64,000 bases of DNA, from the NCBI GenBank assembly GCA_963663235.2, contig CAXXNO010000004.1, forward strand, positions 886,830-950,829. Reading direction: 5' to 3'. Source of the DNA: Dehalococcoidia bacterium (GTDB taxonomy: Bacteria; Chloroflexota; Dehalococcoidia; Bin125). A program made the position numbers and the translations under genes. Numbering within the stretch: the first letter of the stretch is position 1; each line of letters starts with the position of its first letter. Under the pieces are notes generated by a model. It had not been told where the DNA came from and did no database searches. It saw nothing but the letters and a program-made list of their open reading frames with translations. Shown piece after piece: positions 32,165-43,228 of this stretch.

Positions 32165-33313
32165 GTGACCGACACGACGAACCGACGAGTTTGGCGGCAG
32201 GCGCTCCTGGGCCTCGGAGGCGCGACTATCGCCAGCCTGGGCGCCTCGGGATGGTACGTCGCCGATCTCATCGGCAAAGGCGCTCTCGAGAGCGGAGGGG
32301 AGGCAGCGGCGTTCGACCTGGAGGTCATCGGCGTGGCCGACGGCGCGATCACTCTGCGTGCGGCGTCCGGCGACGGCGCCTGGCGGATCGAGGGGTTGTG
32401 GGGAGTGGAAAGCGCCAACGGCTACGGGCGAGTGGGGGCGATCCGCGAGATCGGTGACCGGACCGTGGTGCGGGAGTTCAGGCCGATGCAGGGCTCCCTG
32501 GCACCGCGCGATCGGGTGCGCCTGGACAACTTCGCCTTCCCTCCCGACCCGCAGCGGGCGTTCGGGCTCGCTTACGAGGAGACGCACGTCCGCACGAGCC
32601 TGGGCGCCTTCCCGGCCTGGTTCGTCAAGGGGCGGGAGGGGACGTGGCTGATCTTCGTGCACGGCAAGGGAGCGGAGCGCGCCGAGTCGCTGCGCATGCT
32701 GGGGGTCACAAGCGAGCTGGGCTATCCGTCGCTCAGCATTACCTATCGAAACGATCCCGGCGCGCCCGCCAGCGCCGACGGCCGGTACCGCTACGGCCGG
32801 GACGAATGGCAAGAGGTCGAAGGCGCCGTGCGCCACGCGCTGGCCCAGGGAGCGCGCGACGTCGTGCTCGTCGGATACTCGATGGGCGGCGGCATCGTGA
32901 CGAACTTCCTGTACCAATCACCCCTGGCCGCGACCGTCCGCGGCCTGGTCTTGGACTCACCTCTCCTGGACCTGGGGGCCACGTTCCGGCTTCGCGCGCA
33001 GGATCGAGGCCTGCCGCAGTTCATGGCGAGGATCGGGCAGCAGATCGCCCGCGCCCGCTTCGGGGTCGACTGGGGGGAGCTGGACTACCTGCGCCGGGCG
33101 GACGAGCTGCGGGTCCCGATCCTGCTGTTCCACGGAGACGCGGACCGGGTAGTGCCGGTGGCGACGAGCGAGGCGCTGGCCGCCGCCCGGCCCGACCTGG
33201 TGACCTATGTGCGGGTCGCCGGGGCCCAGCACGTGCGCGGCTGGAACCTGGCGCCGCAGCGGTACGAGGAGGCGGTGCGGGCGTTTCTGGGGCAGGTCGC
33301 GCCCTTGCGGTGA
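32165..33313 (+). CDS. Membrane-anchored/secreted alpha/beta hydrolase
   Basis: VHGKG, YRND, GYSMGG, LDSP, HGDADRVVP, HVRGWN. Confidence 0.85.
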   Translation: MTDTTNRRVWRQALLGLGGATIASLGASGWYVADLIGKGALESGGEAAAFDLEVIGVADGAITLRAASGDGAWRIEGLWGVESANGYGRVGAIREIGDRTVVREFRPMQGSLAPRDRVRLDNFAFPPDPQRAFGLAYEETHVRTSLGAFPAWFVKGREGTWLIFVHGKGAERAESLRMLGVTSELGYPSLSITYRNDPGAPASADGRYRYGRDEWQEVEGAVRHALAQGARDVVLVGYSMGGGIVTNFLYQSPLAATVRGLVLDSPLLDLGATFRLRAQDRGLPQFMARIGQQIARARFGVDWGELDYLRRADELRVPILLFHGDADRVVPVATSEALAAARPDLVTYVRVAGAQHVRGWNLAPQRYEEAVRAFLGQVAPLR

Positions 33314-33503
33314 AGCGCGAGCGCCGCGGTCGGGGGCGGGGGCTTGGGAGCCCGCGGCCGCGGCCTGCTGCCGCCAAGCGCCCACAAGCGCGCTAGGATA
33401 TCGCCGCCAGCCGAAACGGAGTGAGGCCGTCGATCGAGCAGGGGCGGCGTGCGCCGCGGCCGGGTTGGCGTGGCGGGCAGCGAACCGCGAAAGGTCCAGA
33501 CAC

Positions 33504-33860
33504 ATGGCGCAGCGTCGCGATAGTTCCGTGGGGGACTACGAGGTCCTCCAGCAGATCGATGGTCGCGGCGCGACGATCCGGGTCTTTCGAGCGGTGCGTG
33601 GGGCGGAGGCGCTGGACCGGCACCTGCATCGCCATTCGACGCAGTACTACGTAGCGCTGGAGGGCCGGATCGTGATCGAGCACGGGGAGGAGCGGGTCAC
33701 GCTGCAGCCGTACGAGGCAGTGACCGTCGAGCCGGGGACGACGCATCGGTCGTATCCGGCGGATGAAGCGGCCGTGGTGCTGACGGTCTACATGCCGCCG
33801 GAGCGGGCGGAGGATCACATCCCGGTGCCGGTCGCCGGGCAGCAGCTGGAGGGGGAGTAG
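33504..33860 (+). CDS. Cupin domain protein
   Basis: [13 protein letters not shown] and VEPGTTH cupin motifs. Confidence 0.8.
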   Translation: MAQRRDSSVGDYEVLQQIDGRGATIRVFRAVRGAEALDRHLHRHSTQYYVALEGRIVIEHGEERVTLQPYEAVTVEPGTTHRSYPADEAAVVLTVYMPPERAEDHIPVPVAGQQLEGE

Positions 33861-33967
33861 GCGAGCGCACCGGGCCGGGCGGCAGGCACGGAACCACACT
33901 CGGCCAGCGGGATGAAGGGGAAGGAGGGGGGCGCCGCCGGGCACAGCGCATCGCCGGAGGCTGGAAA

Positions 33968-34044
33968 TGGTCGGGGAGAGAGGATTTGAACCTCCGGCCT
34001 CTTCGTCCCGAACGAAGCGCGCTACCGGACTGCGCCACTCCCCG
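33968..34044 (-). tRNA. tRNA-Pro (anticodon CGG)
   Basis: CGGGGAG acceptor stem, TGGCGCAGTCCGGTAGCGC D-arm, CTTCG-TT-CGG-GA-CGAAG anticodon arm, GGTTCAAATCC, encoded CCA; 77 nt. Confidence 0.97.
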
Positions 34045-34106
34045 ACAGATCGGCAGCGTACCGGCCCCGGCGGATGGGGGGCAAGCGCAGCGCCGGCCGA
34101 TGCGGC

Positions 34107-34673
34107 CTATTCGACGACTTCCAGCTGTCCCTCGGTTGGCTCGGGCTGCAACTCGCCCTCTGTGGGCGACTCAGCCTCGGCGGGTGCTTCGGCCTCGGCG
34201 GGCGCTTCGGCCTCTGCGGGTGCTTCGGCCTCGGGCGCCGCCGGCTCGGGCAGGACGAAATCCGCTGGGGGGACCTGCAACTCTTGGCCCACGCGCAGCG
34301 CGTTCGGGTCCAGAAGGTCATTGAGGAAGACGATCGCCGCCACCGTCGTGCCGTAGCGTTGCGCGAGGTTGCCCAGGGTATCGCCGGGCTGGACCACGTG
34401 GACGGTCGCCCGTAGCTCGATCTCCGGTTCCGGTTCCAGCTCCGGGAGCGCCACCTCGCCCTCATCGGAGGGGAAGGCGATCGGCTCGGCGGGCGAGTCA
34501 AAGTCGAACGCGAGGGGCTCGGTGGCGCCGGAGGCGTCGCCGTTGTCGGAGAAGACGTCCAACCGGAGGAGGACGACCCCAGCCACCACGACGGGGACGA
34601 TGATGACGAGCGAAGTCAGGAGCCCGAAGAGCCGACCGGAGGCCGCGGGAGAATACGGGCGCTTGACGGTCAT
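34107..34673 (-). CDS. Membrane-anchored LysM domain protein with acidic AEAEAP repeats
   Basis: Transmembrane helix; [18 protein letters not shown]...N.L.DPN.L.VGQ.L.VP; 18-bp repeats at about 34165-34235. Confidence 0.88.
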   Translation of the reverse strand: MTVKRPYSPAASGRLFGLLTSLVIIVPVVVAGVVLLRLDVFSDNGDASGATEPLAFDFDSPAEPIAFPSDEGEVALPELEPEPEIELRATVHVVQPGDTLGNLAQRYGTTVAAIVFLNDLLDPNALRVGQELQVPPADFVLPEPAAPEAEAPAEAEAPAEAEAPAEAESPTEGELQPEPTEGQLEVVE

Positions 34674-34739
34674 GCTGCCCTTCGCTGCCCCACCCGCGGG
34701 TCGATCATATATCGCGGCGATTGGCGGCGAAAGTGGGGC

Positions 34740-34949
34740 CTAGCCGCGCCCCCGGCCGCCGTGGACGCCGCTGAGGATCGGTTCGTCGATGTAGACGTCG
34801 CCGTTGCGGATCTTGATGTTGTAGCCGCAGTCGGGATTCGTACAGACCCACGCCTTGTAGTGGACCGCCGCGCCCTGCCCACCGAAATCGGACAAGGGCA
34901 CCAGACAGCCACTGTCGCAGCGCAAGCAAGGAGGGAAACCCTCCACCAT
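34740..34949 (-). CDS. Small conserved-looking zinc-ribbon protein
   Basis: CLRC..LVPLSDFG..YKAWVCTNPDCG; GGAAGG RBS. Confidence 0.75.
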   Translation of the reverse strand: MVEGFPPCLRCDSGCLVPLSDFGGQGAAVHYKAWVCTNPDCGYNIKIRNGDVYIDEPILSGVHGGRGRG

Positions 34950-35035
34950 GCCATCGCCTTCCACCCGCCACCCCCCTCTCGCCGACGCAGTCGGTGCGGG
35001 CCCGGCCGCCATCCGAGGCGGTCGCCCCGCGACTC

Positions 35036-35062
35036 ATTGTACCGCCTGAGCGCCCTTGTCAA
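35036..35062 (-). promoter_or_regulatory. Possible sigma70 promoter TTGACA-N15-TACAAT for the zinc-ribbon/LysM genes
   Basis: Near-consensus hexamers, but the spacer is short (15 bp). Confidence 0.45.
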
Positions 35063-35186
35063 CGTCGCAGCGGCCCCCGGGCCCACGTTGAGCGGGCGTT
35101 TACGCGCCGCTTACAGTGCCTTCACAAGGGGATGACGCTTGCCAGGCAGAATCGCAGAGAGCGAGCAGCGGAAACGAGGGTGGCGC

Positions 35187-36034
35187 ATGCAATCACAGCA
35201 GTGGATCGGACCGGCAGCGCTGGTGGGCGCCGTGGCGGCGATCGGCCTCGGGATCGCCGCGCTGATCCTGGCCCTGGACGATGACGATCCGAACTTGCCG
35301 CCGGTCCCGCGGATCGCTGCGGGTGTCGAGTTCGAAGGGGCAGGCGCCGGATCCGGCCCCGGGGCAATCCCGGATCTGATCCGTGGTGCGCTGGCGGGCT
35401 CCGACGAGGCCTGGCTGGGCATTCGCGCCGTCGATGGGGACGAGGGTCTCAGCGTAGGGCGGGTGGAGCCGGGGAGCCCGGCGGACCGGGCCGGCCTGGA
35501 GGCCGGAGACGTGATCCGCGAGTTCGCCGGCGACGACGTGGAGAACAGCGCGGAGCTGGCGGAAGCGATCGGCGAGCGCGAGCCGGGAGACGAGGTGGAG
35601 ATTGTGATCGAGCGCGACGGGAGCAGCGAGCGCGTGGAGGCGGAGCTGAGCGCGCGGCCGTCGCCGTTTACGGGTCGAAGGAGCGCCGGCGCTCCGCCCG
35701 GGATCGGAGGGCTGGCGGAGCTGCTCCCCGGAATCGCCGACTTTGGGCTGGAGCGCCTGACGGAACGGCTGATCTCGGCCGAGGTCCGCGTTGCAGGGGA
35801 GGAGGGCGAGGCCGTCACGCTCCGCGCCGTGAGCGGGGACGTGGTGGAGATCTCGGACGAGGCGATCACGATCGAGCAGGACGGCGACAAGGTGCGCTTC
35901 GCAATCGGCGAGGAGACGTCGATCGTGGCGACGGGGGGCGAGGTCGAGGCGGGGGAGCGGGTGATCGTCGTGAGCGAGGAGGGGACGGCGCGGTTCGTGG
36001 TGGAGGTGGGGGCGGGGTTTTCGCGGGGACGGCG

Positions 36035-36038
<4 letters not shown>
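35187..36038 (+). CDS. PDZ domain-containing membrane-anchored protein
   Basis: Transmembrane helix; AWLGI, VEPGSPADRAGLEAGDVI. Confidence 0.85.
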
Positions 36039-37642
<1,604 letters not shown>

Positions 37643-37929
37643 GGACGGTGTCCTTCAGAGATGAGGTATAGACGGTGGCGGTGGCGCTCGGGAGGGAACG
37701 GGAGCCCCGGGAAGCGCGGGGCTAGGGGCGCGGGATCGCATCCGCCGCGTGATGAACCGCGGCGGAAGGCCACCTCTCAGAACGTGCCCGCGCTAGGTGA
37801 TCGATCATCTTCGCCAGCCATCGGCCGCATCGCCGTCAGACGGGACAGCGCGCAGCGGTCCCGTCCACGTTAGCGCGGGCGGGCGGCGAGCGGCAATCGA
37901 GCCGGAGGCGCGGGGGGGCTCCAACTCGA

Positions 37930-39018
37930 CTACAGCGCCTCAGCGATGAGGGAGCCCATCTCGGCCGTGCCGGTGGGGGGAGCGCCCGTCGGGGCGAGGT
38001 CGGCGGTGCGGTGGCCCGCGCGGAGCACCTGCTCGACCACCGACTCGACGGCGGCCGCCTCTTTCTCCAAGCCCAGGGAGTGGCGGAGGAGGAGGGCGAC
38101 GCTGAGGATCATCGCAGTGGGGTTGGCGAGGCCCCGTCCGGCGATGTCCGGGGCGGTGCCGTGGATGGGCTCGTAAAGGCCGAGGCCGGTCCCGTCGCGG
38201 CGGCGGCGGCCCAGGCTGGCGCTGGGGAGCATGCCCATGGAGCCGCCCAGCATGGAGGCCTCGTCGGTGAGGATGTCACCGAAGAGGTTCTCGGTGACGA
38301 TGGTGTCGAAGTCGGCGGGGTGGCGGATGAGGTGCATGGCGCAGGCATCGACTAGGAGGTGATCGAGGGTGACGTCGGGGAAGCCGGCGGCGACCTCGGT
38401 GGCGATCTCGCGCCAGAGCCGGGAGCTCTCAAGGATGTTGGCCTTGTCGACGGAGGTGAGGCGCTTGCGACGGCCACGGGCGATCTCGAAGCCGAGGCGG
38501 ACGATGCGCTCGATCTCGCGCTCGCTGTACTTGAGGGTGTCGACGGCCTTGCGGCCGCGCTTGTCGGCCCAGCGCTTCTGCGGCTTGCCGAAGTAGATGC
38601 CGCCCGTGAGCTCGCGCAGGATCACCATGTCGACCGTGGCTACGACCTCGGGCTTGAGCGAGGTGGAGTCGGCGAGGAAGGGGTACATCTTGACCGGGCG
38701 GATGTTGGCGAAGAGGCCGAGGCCCTTGCGCAAGCCGAGGATGGCCTGCTCGGGGCGGACGGAGGCTCTGGGGTCGTCCCACTTGGGGCCGCCGACCGCA
38801 CCGAAGAGGACGGCGTCGCGGCCGCGGCACATCTGGAGATCCTGCGGGCGGAGGGCGACGCCGTAGGCATCGATGGCTGCGCCGCCGACGGTGGCCTCCG
38901 TATAGGTGAAGCGGTGGCCGAAGCGCCGGGCGACGGCGTCTAGGGTCTTGACGCCCTCGGCGATCACCTCGGGTCCGATGCCGTCGCCGGGGAGGAGGGC
39001 AATGTCGAAGGCGGGCAC
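37930..39018 (-). CDS. leuB: 3-isopropylmalate dehydrogenase
   Basis: [51 protein letters not shown]. Confidence 0.96.
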   Translation of the reverse strand: MPAFDIALLPGDGIGPEVIAEGVKTLDAVARRFGHRFTYTEATVGGAAIDAYGVALRPQDLQMCRGRDAVLFGAVGGPKWDDPRASVRPEQAILGLRKGLGLFANIRPVKMYPFLADSTSLKPEVVATVDMVILRELTGGIYFGKPQKRWADKRGRKAVDTLKYSEREIERIVRLGFEIARGRRKRLTSVDKANILESSRLWREIATEVAAGFPDVTLDHLLVDACAMHLIRHPADFDTIVTENLFGDILTDEASMLGGSMGMLPSASLGRRRRDGTGLGLYEPIHGTAPDIAGRGLANPTAMILSVALLLRHSLGLEKEAAAVESVVEQVLRAGHRTADLAPTGAPPTGTAEMGSLIAEAL

Positions 39019-39116
39019 TGCGGCTCCGTTCTTACCGTCGGGGCGGGAGCGCGGCGATACTAACGGACGGCCGGCCGAGGTGCGACCGGAGACAGCGCGG
39101 GCCGGAGGAGGACACG

Positions 39117-39551
39117 ATGAGCATCGACGTGACGGCGGAGACGGTGATCGACCGAGCCAGAGAGGACGTGGCCCGCTACGCGATGGAGCCCGACAACGAC
39201 CCAACGTGGATCGGCGGCATCGTCGAAGCGAAACGGTTGAGCGAGGGGCCGATCGGCGAAGGCACGCGGGTGGCGCGGGTGGCCAAGTTCCTGGGCAAGC
39301 GCATCGAGTACGTCAATGAGGTGGTGGAGTACGACGCGCAGGGGCTGCTGGTGATGCGGTCGGTGTCGGGCCCGTTCCCGATGCAGATCCGCTACGAGTT
39401 CGAGGAGCGGGCGGGGGGCACGCTGGCGCGCATCCGGGTGCAGGGGGAGGGGAAGCGGTTCTTCCGCATGTGGGAGCCGCTGCTGAGGCGGATGGTCAAG
39501 CGGAACGTGTCGAAGGATCTCAAGCGGCTCAAGCGGCTGATGGAGGCGTGA
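39117..39551 (+). CDS. SRPBCC family protein
   Basis: GGAGGAGG RBS; [19 protein letters not shown]-terminal DLKRLK helix. Confidence 0.85.
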   Translation: MSIDVTAETVIDRAREDVARYAMEPDNDPTWIGGIVEAKRLSEGPIGEGTRVARVAKFLGKRIEYVNEVVEYDAQGLLVMRSVSGPFPMQIRYEFEERAGGTLARIRVQGEGKRFFRMWEPLLRRMVKRNVSKDLKRLKRLMEA

Positions 39552-39625
39552 CGGGGGGGCGGGTCGGGAGACGGCGGAGTGCGTGGAGGGTCAAGGAAGA
39601 CGTCCACCGCATCGTGGAGCCATCG

Positions 39626-40015
39626 TTAGGTCCAATTCAGCGTCCCCCAGCCCTCGACGAGCTGACCGCGGTCGATGCGGAAGATGCAAACACCGTCGAC
39701 GGTGACTTCTTTGCCGGTGCCAGCGACACCGTGGAATTCAGCGATGTGCTTGCCGCGGGCGGTGAACTTCGCGGTCACGCGGTCGCCCTCGGTGGTCAGG
39801 TCACCGACGGTGAAGCGGACATCGGCGAAGGCGTCGTTGAAGATGCACCTTTCGACGGGCTCGGCGCCGCCGGCGTGGCTGTGCTCGACGCCGGGCGGTC
39901 CGTGGCAGACGAAGCCGGGTGCGTACAGATCGTTGAGGACGTGCTGGGGGTTGGGGGCGTTGCTGCCTTCGTGGAAGATGCGTCGGACGAGGGTTTCGTT
40001 CTCAGTGGTTGACAT
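39626..40015 (-). CDS. SnoaL-like ester cyclase
   Basis: STTENETLVRR, AFAD..FTV..EGDRV, G.H..EF.GVA.TGK. Confidence 0.85.
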   Translation of the reverse strand: MSTTENETLVRRIFHEGSNAPNPQHVLNDLYAPGFVCHGPPGVEHSHAGGAEPVERCIFNDAFADVRFTVGDLTTEGDRVTAKFTARGKHIAEFHGVAGTGKEVTVDGVCIFRIDRGQLVEGWGTLNWT

Positions 40016-40068
40016 CGGTCCCTCCCTGCGGCCTTGAGGCATCGGACAGCATAGCGGCCCAGAAGGGC

Positions 40069-40097
40069 TTCACGGATGAGAACACGTGTTCTATACT
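40069..40097 (+). promoter_or_regulatory. LexA-repressed promoter: TTCACG-N17-TATACT with SOS box AGAAC-ACGT-GTTCT (40079-40092)
   Basis: Perfect 14-bp palindrome in the spacer, upstream of a repair-type radical SAM gene. Confidence 0.8.
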
Positions 40098-40160
40098 GCG
40101 GCCCGCCGTGCGGCGGCGAGCGAGGAGGGATGGGGGTCGGGTAGGTGAACGGAGGGGCCG

Positions 40161-41060
40161 ATGGCCGAGGTCGAGTACCGGGAGATCACATGCAAGTCCG
40201 CGCTGAACCGAGTCCAGGGGATGCCGTTCCGCTGGTCGCTGAACCCGTACCGGGGCTGCGTGCACGGGTGCCATTACTGTTTCGCTCGGTCGACGCACCG
40301 GTATCTCGATCTCGGCGCCGGGGCGGACTTCTCGGGGATCGTCTTCGTCAAGACGAACCTCCCGGAGGTGCTGGCGGGGGAGCTGGGGCGGCGGGGTCGG
40401 CGCCGGGAGCAGGTGGCCGTGGGGACGGCGACCGACCCGTACCAAGTGGCGGAGGGGCGCTACCGTCTCACGCGGCAGAGCCTGGAGCTGTTCGCGCGCT
40501 TCCGCACGCCGGTCTCGATCGTGACGAAAGGCACCATGATTCTGCGCGACATCGACGTCCTGCAAGCGCTCAGCAAGGGTCCCGGCGTGACCGTCTGCTT
40601 CAGCGTTCCCACCGTCGATCGGGAGATCTGGAATCGGACCGAGCCGGGCACGCCGCCACCGGAGCAACGGCTCAAAGTGATGGAGCGACTGGTGTCCGCG
40701 GACATCCATTGCGGCGTGCTGGTCGCGCCGCTGCTGCCGGGCCTTTCGGCGAACCGGGACCAAGTGATCCGTACGGTCCGCGCGGCGGCCGATCACGGCG
40801 CGCGGTTCATCGGATCGAACGTGCTGCACCTGGGCCCCGACGTGCGCGAGCACTTCTTGGGGTTTCTCCAAGAGGAGTATCCCGATCTGCTGGCGGGCTA
40901 CCAGCGACTCTACGGGACGAAGCAGGCACCGAAGCGGTACCGGACGCGGGTGGAGGAGCGCGTCCGTGAGGTGAAGGGCGAGCTGGGCTACGCGGACCAG
41001 GATCACCGTCTCATCGAGAGGCCGCCGGAGCCGAAGCAACTGGCGCTGCGGATGCGCTAG
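40161..41060 (+). CDS. Rv2578c/SplB-like radical SAM protein (putative DNA repair)
   Basis: NPYRGCVHGCHYCFAR (CxxxCxxC), GTATDPYQ, TKG, RDID, EPGTPPP..RL. Confidence 0.9.
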   Translation: MAEVEYREITCKSALNRVQGMPFRWSLNPYRGCVHGCHYCFARSTHRYLDLGAGADFSGIVFVKTNLPEVLAGELGRRGRRREQVAVGTATDPYQVAEGRYRLTRQSLELFARFRTPVSIVTKGTMILRDIDVLQALSKGPGVTVCFSVPTVDREIWNRTEPGTPPPEQRLKVMERLVSADIHCGVLVAPLLPGLSANRDQVIRTVRAAADHGARFIGSNVLHLGPDVREHFLGFLQEEYPDLLAGYQRLYGTKQAPKRYRTRVEERVREVKGELGYADQDHRLIERPPEPKQLALRMR

Positions 41061-41128
41061 CCGTCTGGCGGGTGGTCCGCCTGATTTGGGGGGAGCCATC
41101 CGGCCCGGATGGCGCGGTCGCGGGTGAC

Positions 41129-41290
41129 TCAGCAGCCGGGATCGCCGTAGCGGCCGCAGCAGTTGGTCCGGGAGCGGGCTTTGCGCCAGGAGTTGGCGAA
41201 GAGGCCGCGGAGGGCGGCGAGGGGAGCGGCGGCGCGGAGATTGGCACAGGTGTCGCGGAGCGAGGGGCGAAGACGCCCGTCGGCGGGCAT
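41129..41290 (-). CDS. 53-aa small protein ending CCGRYGDPGC (below the ORF-track size cutoff)
   Basis: ATG immediately follows the leuD TAG; MPADGRLRPSLRDTCANLRAAAPLAALRGLFANSWRKARSRTNCCGRYGDPGC. Confidence 0.7.
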   Translation of the reverse strand: MPADGRLRPSLRDTCANLRAAAPLAALRGLFANSWRKARSRTNCCGRYGDPGC

Positions 41291-41887
41291 CTAGCGCTGG
41301 GTGAGGGGGAGGAGGCCGGAGCGCTGGGCCTCGAAGGCGGTGATGTCGTCCTCGTGCTCGAGAGTGAGGCCGATGGCGTCGAGGCCGTTGAGGAGGCAGT
41401 GCTTGACGAAGGGGTCGACGTCGAAGCGACGCTGCCAGCCGTCGGGGGTGGAGACGGACTGGGAGTCGAGGTCCACGGTGATGCGGGCATCGGCGGTGGC
41501 CTGAGCGCGGGCCATCAAGCGCCCGACATCGGCGGGGTCAAGGGTCGCGAGGAGCAGGCCCATCTTGGCGCTGTTGTTGCGGAAGATGTCGGCGAAGGAG
41601 GGGGCGATCACGGCCCGGACGCCCATCTGCTGCAAGGCCCAGACGGCGTGCTCGCGGGAGGAGCCGCAGCCGAAGTTAGCGCCGGCGATCAGGACGGGCG
41701 CGCCCTGGTACTGGGGCTTGTTGACGACGAAGTCGGGGTCCTTCTCGCGCCAGGCCTCAAAGCAGAACTCGCCGTAGCCGGTGCGCTCGATGCGCTTGAG
41801 GTAGCGGGCGGGGATGATCTGATCGGTGTCGACGTCGGCGTGGTCGAGGGGGATGGCGTGGCCGGTGACGATGGTGACGGGGTCCAT
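41291..41887 (-). CDS. leuD: 3-isopropylmalate dehydratase small subunit
   Basis: DVDTDQIIPARYL, NFGCGSSREHA, SFADIF.NN, LLNGLD.IG.TL. Confidence 0.96.
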   Translation of the reverse strand: MDPVTIVTGHAIPLDHADVDTDQIIPARYLKRIERTGYGEFCFEAWREKDPDFVVNKPQYQGAPVLIAGANFGCGSSREHAVWALQQMGVRAVIAPSFADIFRNNSAKMGLLLATLDPADVGRLMARAQATADARITVDLDSQSVSTPDGWQRRFDVDPFVKHCLLNGLDAIGLTLEHEDDITAFEAQRSGLLPLTQR

Positions 41888-41896
41888 CTCAGCGAC

Positions 41897-42148
41897 CTAA
41901 CCGGCGCGAACGAGATCGGCATCGCCGGTGCGGAACGACCACGTGAAGGCTGGGTTCGGCTCCGGCTCTTGACCCAACTCGTGGCGCGTCGCCTGGAAGG
42001 CCTCGATCGCCTCGGCAAGCGCCTTTCTGAGCCCATCGAGTGTTTCCGCCTGCGCGACGCAGCCTGGGAGGTCAAGGACCTCGGCCCAGTATCCGCCCTC
42101 CTCGGCTTCGTAGACGGCCACAGTGTGGACCGGCGATTCCTTGGGCAT
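41897..42148 (-). CDS. hicB: HicB family antitoxin
   Basis: EEGGYWAEVLDLPGCVAQAET...L.EAI. Confidence 0.85.
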   Translation of the reverse strand: MPKESPVHTVAVYEAEEGGYWAEVLDLPGCVAQAETLDGLRKALAEAIEAFQATRHELGQEPEPNPAFTWSFRTGDADLVRAG

Positions 42149-42213
42149 CAAAGCGCCTCCTCAAATTGCGCCACCGTGAAGCCGGCGCGGCGGATCAACC
42201 GGTGCGGGAGCTC
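42148..42213 (-). pseudogene. C-terminal remnant of a HicA toxin
   Basis: ...LIRRAGFTVAQFEEAL* with TGATG overlap onto hicB; the N-terminal half is missing. Confidence 0.6.
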
Positions 42214-42310
42214 AATGTTATGGTAACGATTGGGTAATGATATAGTCTGACTCACCTTGTTCGGGGGGGCTTACTTTTGAGTTCAGGAGCCAATATAATT
42301 ATCGAGCGTG

Positions 42311-42379
42311 AAACTTGGAGCGCTGGCCGAGGGTTTGGGCATTGCCCGATCGCCGCTGACAGCCAGCCCATCCAAGTTT
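42311..42379 (-). ncRNA. Candidate DUF3800-associated structured RNA
   Basis: AAACTTGGA/TCCAAGTTT and GCTGGCTG/CGGCCAGC stems enclosing GCGGCGATCGGGCAATGCCCAAACCC; starts about 20 nt after the DUF3800 stop. Confidence 0.55.
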
Positions 42380-42400
42380 TGCGTGCTTCTGGGGAGGGAT

Positions 42401-43228
42401 TCACCCCCGCCTCTTTCTTCCGGCTCGGCCGCTCCGCTTGTTGGCTTGTCCCGTAGGCTGCCAGAACCATGCGCTGAACTTCGGAAAGTGATTTCGAAGC
42501 GTAGACGGATCGTACCCACGCCAGAATCCCGCATCCAGCCGAGTAACCCCGACTGGTCGGAGTACATGTTCGAGATATCGCCGAGCAGCCTGCTTCGTTG
42601 CGCTCTCGGCCGGTTTCAGCGTCTGATAGATGCCCCCCGTCAGCAGATCGCACAGCTGTAGGCACTGGTTCGCATCTCTCCAGGAGTCCGTGTGCTGGAA
42701 CTTCGAGATGTACGGCGATGCGCCCTCGTAGTTCTCGGTAAATCGCTCACGGAGATGGTCGATCACGTCATAGCCATACGCGATGCGTAGCCGGTCCAAG
42801 TACAGTTCCGCACCTCGGATCGACCGTCCGTCTAGTGGATCGTTCAGTTCGGGGTGAAGCAGCATCTCAGCCCACTTCTTGTAGGCCTTTCGCTTCTTCA
42901 AAGCGTCGGGTTGAAACGGATCACCGAAGTAGCTGCCGTCCCAGATCGACCAGTCGATGACGACGCTCCGGAAATAACATGTGTGCCTGATGAACTCATC
43001 AAGCCACCCTTTCGCTACTTCGACATCCCGTTCGGACTTAAAGCCCGTGAGGTGCGTTTCCTTATACCGCGCATTACGTCTCGGGCTCTTGTTGAAGTAG
43101 GACTTGTTCTCCTTGACCCGGCAAAGATCGGAATGCAGTCGCCCGTGGTCTGGCACGAACAGCATCCCGATCACCAGCCACTCATCAGAATGAGTGCCCG
43201 ATTCGTCAACGTATATTCGGAAGGCCAT
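42401..43228 (-). CDS. DUF3800 domain-containing protein
   Basis: N-terminal IYVDESG and C-terminal LQLCDLLTG; lower GC than flanks; GAGAGG RBS before ATG 43228. Confidence 0.85.
   Translation of the reverse strand: MAFRIYVDESGTHSDEWLVIGMLFVPDHGRLHSDLCRVKENKSYFNKSPRRNARYKETHLTGFKSERDVEVAKGWLDEFIRHTCYFRSVVIDWSIWDGSYFGDPFQPDALKKRKAYKKWAEMLLHPELNDPLDGRSIRGAELYLDRLRIAYGYDVIDHLRERFTENYEGASPYISKFQHTDSWRDANQCLQLCDLLTGGIYQTLKPAESATKQAARRYLEHVLRPVGVTRLDAGFWRGYDPSTLRNHFPKFSAWFWQPTGQANKRSGRAGRKRRG

Noticed and set aside
33395-33500. Riboswitch upstream of the cupin gene
   Set aside because: GC-rich with GAAA loops, but it matches no riboswitch consensus I can recognise
33968-34044. tRNA-Pro as an integration (att) site
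   Set aside because: No duplicate of its 3' end was found in the window and no integrase is adjacent
37645-37925. Attenuator or T-box leader for cimA
   Set aside because: Hairpins exist, but the short ORFs lack Ile/Leu/Thr runs, and there is no T-box motif or U-tract terminator
40161-41290. RiPP cluster (radical SAM plus Cys-rich peptide)
   Set aside because: The genes are convergent, and the radical SAM is an SOS-type Rv2578c/SplB-like enzyme without SPASM or RRE features
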